A DNA stretch of 62,092 nt from the NCBI GenBank assembly GCA_003696765.1, contig RFFX01000040.1, positions 1 to 62,092 of the forward strand, given 5' to 3'. Positions 12,334 to 23,551 of this stretch are shown piece by piece. This stretch comes from Zetaproteobacteria bacterium. Its GTDB lineage: Bacteria > Pseudomonadota > Zetaproteobacteria > Mariprofundales > J009. The notes below the pieces were generated by a model. It worked only from the letters and a program-made list of their open reading frames with translations, did no database searches and was not told where the DNA came from. The position numbers and the translations under genes were made by a program. Within the stretch, counting starts at the first letter, position 1. Every line of letters starts with the position of its first letter.

Positions 12334-12528
12334 TCAGCCCTGGCACTCCTTGCGGAAGAGGCAGGGATCGACGGCGCAGTTCTTGATCCGACCGAAGCAG
12401 TCGTTGTTTCCCTCGGCACGCTGGATGGCGTGGATCAGGTCGGCCTTGCGCATGGCGTGGGCACCCTTGATGCCCAGCGCCTTGGCCATGGTGATGAGGA
12501 AGGCCTTGGTCACTTTCTTGTTGCTCAC
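12334..12528 (-). CDS. small SAP/Rho_N-like protein with 4-Cys C-terminal tail
   Basis: ORF 12334..12603. GTG 12528 lies 7 nt after GGAG. KKVTKAFLITMAKALGIKGAHAMRKADLIHAIQ forms a helix-extended-helix, followed by NDCFGRIKNCAVDPCLFRKEC. Confidence 0.55.
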   Translation of the reverse strand: MSNKKVTKAFLITMAKALGIKGAHAMRKADLIHAIQRAEGNNDCFGRIKNCAVDPCLFRKECQG

Positions 12529-12687
12529 GGTGAGACTCCGTCGGGGAAGGAGAGGAGATTCCCCCAGGAATGGCAGGGGGTCCGGAGAGGGGCGCCGAAC
12601 CATAGCGGCCGGGGGGAGAAGTGCAAGTCGGCAGGCTGGATGTTCCGTATCGGCGGCCGGTTCTGCGTTGCCGTTCCCGTTCCCCCG

Positions 12688-13344
12688 TTATGCAGCGGTG
12701 CGGCGGGCATTGATCCGGTTGACCAGTGCGAGGATCAACCCCAGCGCGATGAAGGCGCCCGGCGGCAGGATGAACATGATGACCCCGGGGTAGTCGGCGC
12801 CGAGCAGGTTGATGCCGAAGAGGCTCCCTTTGCCGAGCAGCTCCCTGAGCGCGCCCAGGGTGACCAGCGCCCCCGTAAAGCCCAGCCCCATTCCCAAGGC
12901 GTCGATTACCGCGTCGGAGAGGCGGTTCTTGCTGGCGAAGGCCTCGGCGCGGCCGAGGATGGTGCAGTTGACCACGATCAGCGGGATGAAGAGCCCCAGC
13001 ACCAGGTAGGTGTCGTGCATCCAGGCGTTCATCGCCATGCCGGAGACGGTGACGAAGGAGGCGATGATGGTGATGTAGGTCGGGATGCGCACCTCACGCG
13101 GCACGAAGCCGCGGATGAGCGAGACCGCGCTGTTCGATGCGAGCAGCACCGCCAGCGTGATCACCCCCATCCAGAAGCCGTTGGCGGCGGTGGTGGTGAC
13201 GCCGAGCAGCGGGCACATGCCGAGCAGTTGGGCGAAGACGGCGTTGTTGTGCCACAGCCCGTCGAACAGGATCGCCCGCCTGCCTCCGGCGGTGGGCAGG
13301 GGTGTTGCGCTGGCGGCGCCGCCGTGGTGGCCGGGGGAGGGCAT
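12688..13344 (-). CDS. rnfE: Rnf electron-transport complex subunit E (RnfE/NqrD family)
   Basis: C-terminal 218 aa of ORF 12688..14043, starting at ATG 13344. GLWHNNAVFAQLLGMCPLLGVTTT, FIPLIVVNCTILGRAEAFA and PPGAFIALGL. Confidence 0.85.
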   Translation of the reverse strand: MPSPGHHGGAASATPLPTAGGRRAILFDGLWHNNAVFAQLLGMCPLLGVTTTAANGFWMGVITLAVLLASNSAVSLIRGFVPREVRIPTYITIIASFVTVSGMAMNAWMHDTYLVLGLFIPLIVVNCTILGRAEAFASKNRLSDAVIDALGMGLGFTGALVTLGALRELLGKGSLFGINLLGADYPGVIMFILPPGAFIALGLILALVNRINARRTAA

Positions 13345-13349
13345 CGCCG

Positions 13350-13877
13350 CTACAGCGCGTTCAGGTTCTGCCGTGCCACCTGGTAGTCGGGATCGATGCG
13401 CAGCGCCTGCTCCAGTTCGGCACGGGCGCGGTCGCGGTCGTAGGGGCGGTTGCGTTGGTAGTAGGCGACGCCGAGGTCGTTGTGGTAGAGGGCGCTGCCG
13501 GTACAGAGGCGGACGCTGTTCTGCAGCAGGTAGACCTTCCGTTCGATATCGCGTGTCTTGAGCGCGGCGTTGTATTGCCGTTCGGCGGCGGCGCAATCGT
13601 CGAAGCTGCGCGGCGCGGCCTGCGCCGGCGGCCGGGCGTTGCCCTTGCCGATCTGCTTGCCCAGCAGGTAACCGCCCAGGGCGCCGATGATCGCGCCCTG
13701 ACCTGCGCCGCCGCGGCGGTTGACCTGATGGCCGATGACCGCACCGGCACCGGCGCCGATCAGGGCGCCGAGCACGCCGCTGTCGGCCGCCGTCGCCGGC
13801 GCGGGCAGGGAGGGCAGGGCGAAGAGCGCCAGCACGGCGGCGGCGATGCGTGGGAGGATGGGGACAGAATCCGTCAT
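13350..13877 (-). CDS. secreted glycine-zipper plus TPR-like protein
   Basis: 175 aa. Signal-like AAAVLALFALPSLPAPATA, glycine zipper GALIGAGAGAVIG...GAIIGALGGYLLG, and a TPR-like tail (YHNDLGVAYYQRN...ALRIDPDY). Confidence 0.6.
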   Translation of the reverse strand: MTDSVPILPRIAAAVLALFALPSLPAPATAADSGVLGALIGAGAGAVIGHQVNRRGGAGQGAIIGALGGYLLGKQIGKGNARPPAQAAPRSFDDCAAAERQYNAALKTRDIERKVYLLQNSVRLCTGSALYHNDLGVAYYQRNRPYDRDRARAELEQALRIDPDYQVARQNLNAL

Positions 13878-13908
13878 GATCGAGTCGCAAAACGTCCGTC
13901 CATGGAGC
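13878..13908 (-). repeat. FDTGH repeat family, partial copy (half H module)
   Basis: The minus strand reads CTCCATGGACGGACGTTTTGCGACTCGATC, directly followed by the ATG of the glycine-zipper gene. Confidence 0.6.
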
Positions 13909-14133
13909 CTGCAGCATCACGGTGGATCGAGGCGTCTGCTCGACCCCTTCGGATCTGGCGGCCGCGGCTGCGGCCGCAGGCCCGGCACGCTGTACCGCAG
14001 CCTCCTTGCAGCGGCGTGGCCGGACGCAGGGGAATGGTCCCACGGGTCCGTGCCGCTGTCAACCGGATGCCGCCCCTCCGACCGGGGGCGGCGCGCCATT
14101 CTCAGGTCCCTTCGGCCCGGCTAGCATTGGGCG

Positions 14134-15072
14134 GTGGTGATCGACCCCGAAGAGACGGCGCATCTTCCGCCGCCGGGTGTTCCCGGCTGGTGGGCCGCCC
14201 GCAGTTGGCGGCAGCGGCTCAACGTGATGCTGTTCGATTTCACCTGCCGTATCGGGCGGATCGTCAACTACACCATCGGAGTCTTCATCCTCTCGGCGGT
14301 GCTGATCTCGATGACCGACTCGGTGCCCTACTACCACGACCACTACGCCCGGCCGTTGGGGCTGTTCGAGGATCTGGTCACCTTCGTCTTCGCCGTGGAG
14401 TATCTCCTGCGGGTCTACTCCGCCCGGCGCCCCTTCACCTACATCTTCAGCTTCAACGGCATCGTCGATCTCACCGCCGTCCTGCCGCTGCTGATCGGCG
14501 AGGACTCGACGCTGGTGATCCGGCTGCTGCGTGTGGTCCGCCTGATCAAGCTGACCAGCTATCTGCCGGCGCTGACCGCCCTCTTCCGCTCGCTCACCGA
14601 CGTGGTGCATCTGATGCTGGCGGTGCTCTCGGTCATCATCCTGATGTCGCTCTTCGCCGGCAACCTGATCTACATCGTCGAGCCGGAGACCTTCCATACC
14701 GCCTTCGAGGGGGCGTGGTGGAGCCTCGTGACCATGAGCACGGTGGGGTATGGCGATCTCTACCCCACCACGGCGGCGGGGCGTCTGATCGCGGTGGCGG
14801 TGATCCTCTCGGGCATCACCATGTTCGCCATGGCCACGGCGGTGGTCTCCGTCCGGGTCGGGCGCCACCTCTACGAGCAGATCCACTGCCCCGCCTGCAA
14901 CCACAGCGTGGCCGAGGATCACATCTACTGCCCGCATTGCGGCATCAGGCTGGAGATCGGTGATCCGGTCGATGAGAAGCCCGATTTCCATCGACGGGAC
15001 AGAGGGGTTGAGGCGGCCGCCGGTCGGGCGGAGGCTCCGCGGGGGGAGGCAACGCAATCGGATCGGAAATGA
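14134..15072 (+). CDS. voltage-gated-type (6TM) potassium channel with C-terminal zinc ribbon
   Basis: S4-like RLLRVVRLIKLTSY, selectivity filter TVGYGDLYP, and C-terminal CPACN...CPHCG. GTG start. The TGA lies inside repeat module F. Confidence 0.85.
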   Translation: MVIDPEETAHLPPPGVPGWWAARSWRQRLNVMLFDFTCRIGRIVNYTIGVFILSAVLISMTDSVPYYHDHYARPLGLFEDLVTFVFAVEYLLRVYSARRPFTYIFSFNGIVDLTAVLPLLIGEDSTLVIRLLRVVRLIKLTSYLPALTALFRSLTDVVHLMLAVLSVIILMSLFAGNLIYIVEPETFHTAFEGAWWSLVTMSTVGYGDLYPTTAAGRLIAVAVILSGITMFAMATAVVSVRVGRHLYEQIHCPACNHSVAEDHIYCPHCGIRLEIGDPVDEKPDFHRRDRGVEAAAGRAEAPRGEATQSDRK

Positions 15073-15228
15073 CGACTTCGCAAGAAGTCGGCATCCGCGA
15101 CCAGGATGGTCGCGCAAATCCGGAGGTTGCGCATGCAAGCGACGGATTTGTAAGGCGATCGAAGAGCGCGCTCTTCGATCGCCGTCAAGCAAAAAGTCCA
15201 CGGACGGACTTTTTGCGATTCGATCAGG
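15069..15228 (+). repeat. FDTGH repeat family, full copy (reference copy)
   Basis: Modules in order: ATGACGACTTCGCAAGAAGTCGGCAT / CGCGACCAGGATGGTCGCG / CAAATCCGGAGGTTGCGCATGCAAGCGACGGATTTG / GGCGATCGAAGAGCGCGCTCTTCGATCGCC / CAAGCAAAAAGTCCACGGACGGACTTTTTGCGATTCGATC. Confidence 0.9.
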
Positions 15229-15390
15229 AGTGATGGTTTCGCAAGAAAGCATCATCGCGGCCAGGACGGCCGCGCAAATCCGAAGCTTGCGCATGCAAGC
15301 GACGGATTTGTAAGGGGATCGAAGACCGCGCTCTTCGATCCCCGTCAAGCAAAAAGTCCACGGATGGACTTTTTGCGGTTCCATTAGGAG
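15229..15390 (+). repeat. FDTGH repeat family, full copy (head-to-tail with previous)
   Basis: All five modules are present. The copy ends TTAGGAG, 12 nt before the guaB ATG. Confidence 0.9.
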
Positions 15391-15393
15391 TAA

Positions 15394-16875
<1,482 letters not shown>

Positions 16876-16879
16876 CCCG

Positions 16880-18418
<1,539 letters not shown>

Positions 18419-18420
18419 CA

Positions 18421-19797
18421 ATGGTGCGGAGGAGGGGGCTGGCGGCGCTTTTTGGAGCGGTGGTGGCGGGTCTGTCCGCCCCCCCCGCGGACGCCGAACG
18501 GCTCGACGCGCTGGCGGCGGTGGTCGGCACCGGCGCGATCACCTGCTATGAGTTCGAACAGGCGGTCGACACCATGATCCGCCAGTTGAAGATGGCAGGT
18601 TCGCCGGTGCCGCCGCGGCCGCAGGTGGAGCGGCGGGTATTGCGGGCGAAGATCGACGAACAGCTCCAGTTGCAGCGGGCGCGCCAGTTGAAGCTGAAGG
18701 TGGACGATGACGAGATCGAGCAGGCGATGGCCGAGGTCGAGCAGCGCAACAACATCCCCGCCGGCTCACTGCCCGACGTGCTCAGAATGCAGGGGGTCGA
18801 TTTCGCCGACTATCGGGAGCAGTTGCGCAGGCAGTTGCTGATCAACAAGGTGGTCGATGTCGATCTGCGCAGCAAGATCCAGGTGAGCGAAGAGTCGATG
18901 CGTGAGTACTACCGCAAGTACCTGGCCAATCCCGAGCCGATGCGGGAGGTCCGTCTGGCGCGCATCCTGCTGGCGCTGCCCTCCGAGCCGACACCGGAGC
19001 GGGTGGAGCGCGCCCGTCGCCGGCTGGAGCGGATCAGGCGGAGGATCATCGGGGGGGAGAAGATCTCCGCGCTGGCGCCGCTGCTCTCCGACGGGCCGCG
19101 CGCCTCCAGCGGCGGCGATCTCGGCTGGCACTTCCCCGGTGCGATGCCGAAGCCGTTGCGCAAGTTCCTCGAGGGGCCGGTGGGGTCGGTCAGTGCTCCG
19201 ATCCGTCTTGCCGACGGCATGAACCTGATCCAGATCACCGATGAGCGGTGGCACAAGCCGAAGGTGGGCAAGCCCTACGACGAGGTGCACGCCCGCCATA
19301 TCCTGCTGCGGATCCCGGAGGGGGCCGACGAGGCGACGCGGGCGCGGATCCGCTACCGTGCCGAGCAGATCGCGCAGGAGATGAAGAAGGCGAGCGACGA
19401 GGAGTTCGCCACCCGGGCGAAGGAGATCTCCCAGGGGCCGAGCAGCGAACGCGGAGGCGATCTCGGCTGGTTCCGCCGAGGCGAGATGGCCAAGCCCTTC
19501 GAGCAGGCCGCCTTCTCGCTGCCGGTGGGGGGGACCAGCGGTGTGGTCGAGACCTCCTTCGGGCTGCACATCATCCGCGTGGTGGGACGGCGCCATGTCG
19601 ATCCCAATGCCTTCGAGGTGCACAAGCCGAAGATCGAGCAGCAGCTGCGTGCACTGGAGTTGCGCGATCAGATGCCGCGTTGGCTGGCCTCGTTGCGGCA
19701 GAATACCGTGGTCGAGCGCAGGAGCTGCGGTGTGGCTCCGGACCACACCCCGCATCACGCATCCGGCGGGAGGAGCGCCGCCCCGGCCGACGGCTGA
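18421..19797 (+). CDS. SurA-like periplasmic peptidyl-prolyl isomerase (two parvulin domains)
   Basis: ATG 18421 lies after GGGAG. Signal peptide [25 protein letters not shown]. Two parvulin-type regions ([11 protein letters not shown].. and [13 protein letters not shown]...FGLHII). Confidence 0.8.
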   Translation: MVRRRGLAALFGAVVAGLSAPPADAERLDALAAVVGTGAITCYEFEQAVDTMIRQLKMAGSPVPPRPQVERRVLRAKIDEQLQLQRARQLKLKVDDDEIEQAMAEVEQRNNIPAGSLPDVLRMQGVDFADYREQLRRQLLINKVVDVDLRSKIQVSEESMREYYRKYLANPEPMREVRLARILLALPSEPTPERVERARRRLERIRRRIIGGEKISALAPLLSDGPRASSGGDLGWHFPGAMPKPLRKFLEGPVGSVSAPIRLADGMNLIQITDERWHKPKVGKPYDEVHARHILLRIPEGADEATRARIRYRAEQIAQEMKKASDEEFATRAKEISQGPSSERGGDLGWFRRGEMAKPFEQAAFSLPVGGTSGVVETSFGLHIIRVVGRRHVDPNAFEVHKPKIEQQLRALELRDQMPRWLASLRQNTVVERRSCGVAPDHTPHHASGGRSAAPADG

Positions 19798-20690
19798 ACC
19801 GGCCGTTCCTCCTGCTCCACCCGTCGCCAGACGCCGCCGCGCAGCAGGCCGGCGAGGTCGAAGATCCGCTCATCGAGCCGCAAGGAGGCATCGGGCGAAG
19901 GCTTTGGCAGGCCGCATGCGCCGGTCTCGACGATCAGCCAGCCGCCGGGGCGCAGCCAGCGCGGCGCCTCATGCAGCAGCCGCCGGAGGATGGAGGCGCC
20001 ATCCTTCTCGTCGGTCAATGCCATGCGCGGCTCATAGGCCAGCTCCGGCGCCAGCGCCGCCAGCTCGTCGCGCGCCACGTAGGGGGGGTTGCACAGGATG
20101 GCGTCGAAGGGCGGGGTCGCCGGCGGCAGGGCGGCGAAGAGATCGCCGTGGTGCAGGCTGACGCGCGCCTGCAGGTCGTACGCGGTGATGTTCTCCCCGG
20201 CCAGCTCCAGTGCCTCCTTGGACAGGTCGCAGCCGTGGACGGTGGCGTGGGGATACTCCATCGCCATCGCCACCGCCAGGCAGCCGCTGCCGGTGGCCAT
20301 GTCGCACAGGTGAAGCGGGGCTTGGCGCTCGGGCAGCCGGGCGAGCAGCGCCTCGATCAGCAGCTCCGTCTCCGGCCGGGGGATCAACGCGCGCCGGTCG
20401 CAGCGGATGCGCTGCTTCCAGAAGTGGCGGTAGCCGAGGATGTAGGCGATCGGCTCGCGCCGGGCGCGGCGGGCGACCATCGCCTCCAGCCGGTCGGCGG
20501 CCGTCGGGGGAAGCGGCTCTTCCATCCGCATGATCAGCGCCTCGTGGCCGAGGCCGCAGGCGGCCTGCAGCAGCAGGCGGGCGTCGAGCGCGGCGGTCTC
20601 GCAGCCGGCCTCGATCAGCCGCTCGGTCGCGGCGGCGAGCGCCCGGCGCAGGGTCGGCTGCGGGCGGTCGCTATCCGGCCTTGGAGCCAC
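19755..20690 (-). CDS. prmC: release-factor glutamine methyltransferase
   Basis: 311 aa. SAM motif [14 protein letters not shown] and NPPY. The GTG start overlaps the prfA end by 20 nt. Confidence 0.9.
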   Translation of the reverse strand: MAPRPDSDRPQPTLRRALAAATERLIEAGCETAALDARLLLQAACGLGHEALIMRMEEPLPPTAADRLEAMVARRARREPIAYILGYRHFWKQRIRCDRRALIPRPETELLIEALLARLPERQAPLHLCDMATGSGCLAVAMAMEYPHATVHGCDLSKEALELAGENITAYDLQARVSLHHGDLFAALPPATPPFDAILCNPPYVARDELAALAPELAYEPRMALTDEKDGASILRRLLHEAPRWLRPGGWLIVETGACGLPKPSPDASLRLDERIFDLAGLLRGGVWRRVEQEERPVQPSAGAALLPPDA

Positions 20691-21753
20691 CGGCCATCTG
20701 CGCCGCCTGGTGGTGGGCGAGCAGCGCTTCGACCAGTTCGTCCAGCTCGCCGTCGAGGATCTGCTCCAGCTTGTAGAGGGTGAGGTTGATCCGGTGGTCG
20801 GTCACCCGCCCCTGGGGGAAGTTGTAGGTGCGGATCCGCTCGGAGCGGTCGCCGCTGCCGACCATCCCCTTGCGCTCCTCGGCCCTGGCGTCGCGCGCCT
20901 CCCGTTGCAGCTTGTCGAGCAGCCTGGCCTGCAGCACCTTCATCGCCTTGGCGCGGTTCTTGTGCTGGCTCTTCTCGTCCTGGCAGGTGACCACGATGCC
21001 ACTGGGCAGGTGGGTGATGCGCACCGCCGAGTCGGTGGTGTTGACACACTGCCCGCCCGGGCCGGAGGCGCGGTAGACGTCGATGCGCAGCTCCTCGGGC
21101 CGGATCTCCACCTCCACCTCGTCGGCTTCGGGCAGCACCGCCACCGTGCAGGCGGAGGTGTGGATCCGACCCTGGGTCTCGGTGGCCGGCACCCGCTGCA
21201 CGCGGTGGACCCCCGATTCGAACTTGAAGGCGGCGTAGGCGCCGGCGCCGGAGAACTGGGCGACGATCTCTTTGTAGCCGCCGATGCCGGTCTCGTTGGC
21301 CGAGAGGATCTCACGGCGGAAGCCGCGCCGTTCGGCGAAGCGGCTGTACATGCGGAAGAGGTCGGCGGCGAACAGCGCCGCCTCCTCCCCGCCGGTACCG
21401 GCGCGTACCTCGAGGATGACGTTGCGTTCGTCGTTGGGATCCTTGGGCAGCAAGAGCAGCGTCAGCGACCGCCGCTGCTCCTCCAGCGCCCCCTTGAGCC
21501 GCTCGATCTCGTCGGTGGCCAGCGCCCGGAGCTCGCCGTCGCACTCGGGGTCGTCGAGCAGAGCGCGATTCTCGGCCAGCTCCCGCTCCAGCGCGCGCAG
21601 CCGTTCGATCGCCGCCACCACCGGCTCGAGCTGTGCATACTCCCGGGAGAGCTCGGTGTATCGCTTGGGGTCGGCGGTGATCTCCGGATCGGCGAGGTCG
21701 CTCGTCAGCGCACGATGGCGGCGGAGCAGCTCATCGAGGTGTTGCGCGTTCAT
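20671..21753 (-). CDS. prfA: peptide chain release factor 1
   Basis: ATG 21753 lies behind GGGAGG. PAT tripeptide ([10 protein letters not shown]) and GGQ ([11 protein letters not shown]). Confidence 0.96.
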   Translation of the reverse strand: MNAQHLDELLRRHRALTSDLADPEITADPKRYTELSREYAQLEPVVAAIERLRALERELAENRALLDDPECDGELRALATDEIERLKGALEEQRRSLTLLLLPKDPNDERNVILEVRAGTGGEEAALFAADLFRMYSRFAERRGFRREILSANETGIGGYKEIVAQFSGAGAYAAFKFESGVHRVQRVPATETQGRIHTSACTVAVLPEADEVEVEIRPEELRIDVYRASGPGGQCVNTTDSAVRITHLPSGIVVTCQDEKSQHKNRAKAMKVLQARLLDKLQREARDARAEERKGMVGSGDRSERIRTYNFPQGRVTDHRINLTLYKLEQILDGELDELVEALLAHHQAAQMAGGSKAG

Positions 21754-23101
21754 CCCCCTCCCGTGGGTGTGCAGGGGCGATTCGTCCCCCGGCGGCGGCT
21801 CTGGTTCGCCCGTCTCCACCCTGCGACTCCTCCCGGACGGGGTGAAGGTCGAAGAGGGTGCGGGCCGCCCCCATCAGCATGTCCCCCTCGATGTCCTCGG
21901 GCAGGTGCTTGAGCGCGCTCAGCGTGGGGTGGAGCAGCCGCTTGGTCAGCGCGATGCTGAAGCGCTCCACCGCCTGCATCTGCGCCTCGTCGAGCCCTTT
22001 CAGGTGGCGGGCGGCCTTGGCCAGCTCCTCGCGGCGCGCGGCGTCGCTCTGCTGCTGGATGGCGCGGATCAGCGGCACCGACTCCAGCGACTTCAGCCAG
22101 TTGAAGAAGCGAGCCGCCTCCTCGTCCAGCAGATGGGCGGCCTGCAGCGACTCCCGTTCGCGCTGTGACCGGTTGCCGTCGGCCACCTGCTGCAGGTCGT
22201 CGACGTCGAAGAGGTAGACGTCGTCGATCTCGTCGATGCGCGGATCGATGTCGCGCGGCACGGCGATGTCGAGCAGCAGCATCGGCCGGCCGTGCCGCTT
22301 GTCGAGGGCGGCCTCGATCATGTGGGGCATCAGCACGTAGGTGGAGGCGCTGGTGCTGGAGATGACGATGTCGGCGGCGTCGAGGAAATCCCCCAGCTGA
22401 TCGAGCGTCAAGGCGTGGCCGGCGAACCCGGCGGCGAGCGCCTCGGCGCGGGCCAGCGTCCGGTTGGCGACGAGGATGTGCTTGCAGCCGTGGCTGTAGA
22501 GGTGGCGGGCGGCCAGCTCGGCCATCTCGCCGGCGCCGAGCAGCATCACCGTCTTGTTCTCCAGGTCGCCGAAGATCTGCCGGGCCAGCTCGACGGCGCA
22601 GGCGGCGACGTTGACCGACTGACGCCCGATCGCCGTTTCGCTGCGCGCCCGTTTGGCGGCGGCGAAGGTGGATTGGTAGAGGCGGTGGAGGATGTGGCCG
22701 GCGGTTTTGGCGTTGAGCGCCTGGTCGTAGGCCGCCTTCACCTGCCCCAGGATCTGCGGCTCGCCCAGCACCAGCGAATCGAGCCCGGCGGCGACGCGGA
22801 AGATATGGCGCACCGCCTGCTCGGTGGTGTAGGAGTAGAGGTGGGGCTGGATGGCGGCCAGGGAGACTCCGGCCCGGTCGGCGAACCAGCGGTGGGCGAT
22901 GGCGATGGCCGCCTCGGGATTGTGGGTGACCAGGGTCATCTCCACCCGGTTGCAGGTGGAGAGCAGCAGCGCCTCGCGCACCGCCTCGTGGTCGACCAGC
23001 CGGCGCAGCACCTCCGGAATCTCGGCCTCCGGCGTGGCCAGCCGTTCGCGCAGGGTGATCGGGGTGGTTTTGTGGTTGAGGCCGATGTGGCAGATGCGCA
23101 T
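21731..23101 (-). CDS. hemA: glutamyl-tRNA reductase
   Basis: 456 aa. LSTCNRVE active-site motif and NADPH-binding GAGEMAEL. Confidence 0.93.
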   Translation of the reverse strand: MRICHIGLNHKTTPITLRERLATPEAEIPEVLRRLVDHEAVREALLLSTCNRVEMTLVTHNPEAAIAIAHRWFADRAGVSLAAIQPHLYSYTTEQAVRHIFRVAAGLDSLVLGEPQILGQVKAAYDQALNAKTAGHILHRLYQSTFAAAKRARSETAIGRQSVNVAACAVELARQIFGDLENKTVMLLGAGEMAELAARHLYSHGCKHILVANRTLARAEALAAGFAGHALTLDQLGDFLDAADIVISSTSASTYVLMPHMIEAALDKRHGRPMLLLDIAVPRDIDPRIDEIDDVYLFDVDDLQQVADGNRSQRERESLQAAHLLDEEAARFFNWLKSLESVPLIRAIQQQSDAARREELAKAARHLKGLDEAQMQAVERFSIALTKRLLHPTLSALKHLPEDIEGDMLMGAARTLFDLHPVREESQGGDGRTRAAAGGRIAPAHPREGDERATPR

Positions 23102-23105
23102 CGGA

Positions 23106-23480
23106 TCAGCCCTGCTCGACCAGGGTGAGGGGCACCGGCCTCAGCCCGGCGGAGGGGTGGTCGCAACAGGCGGCGGTCAAGTCGAGCCTTCCCTTGGTCG
23201 CGACATCGAGCAGAAGCAGAAGCTGGCCGTCCTGTTCGTGTTGCACCTCGCGGTAGAGCGCTTCGGACGGATGGGCGCGGTGGCAGAGCCAGATGCCTTC
23301 ATCCGGTCTTCGGGCCTCCTCCTCCGGCGGCCGGATCCGATCGATGCAGCGGTCGGCGCTGATGTGGAACCGCCCCCGCAGGATCGCCCGGTCGTTCATG
23401 CCGGTCAGGCCGTAGTGCATCAGCCGCTGGGCGGCGGTGCGGGTGATGGTCAACGGTGCTCCGGCGTCGCAATGGGCCAT
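23106..23480 (-). CDS. hypothetical protein (124 aa, C-terminal CC motif)
   Basis: ATG 23480. Strong GC3 bias. The stop is 4 nt before the hemA start. No family recognised. Confidence 0.5.
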   Translation of the reverse strand: MAHCDAGAPLTITRTAAQRLMHYGLTGMNDRAILRGRFHISADRCIDRIRPPEEEARRPDEGIWLCHRAHPSEALYREVQHEQDGQLLLLLDVATKGRLDLTAACCDHPSAGLRPVPLTLVEQG

Positions 23481-23551
23481 TGGCGAATCTTCCCCTCTTC
23501 CCCCGCCCCGGTCAACGCGCCGGCGCGGCGTTGCGCCCTCCTTACTGGGGG

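Noticed and set aside
13345-14043. N-terminal 233-aa extension of the rnfE ORF
   Set aside because: The extension overlaps the glycine-zipper/TPR gene in another frame and is Arg/Pro-rich. RnfE homology begins just after ATG 13344.
15095-15150. D plus T modules as a possible tRNA, tmRNA or tRNA-derived element
   Set aside because: There is no acceptor-stem pairing, no GTTCRANYC T-loop and no D-loop GG in the correct spacing. The stems do not fold into a cloverleaf.
15069-15390. Tandem repeat units as a possible CRISPR array (also 55385-55698)
   Set aside because: The units are about 160 nt long, directly abutted without unique spacers, imperfect, and dispersed singly elsewhere. No cas genes are present.
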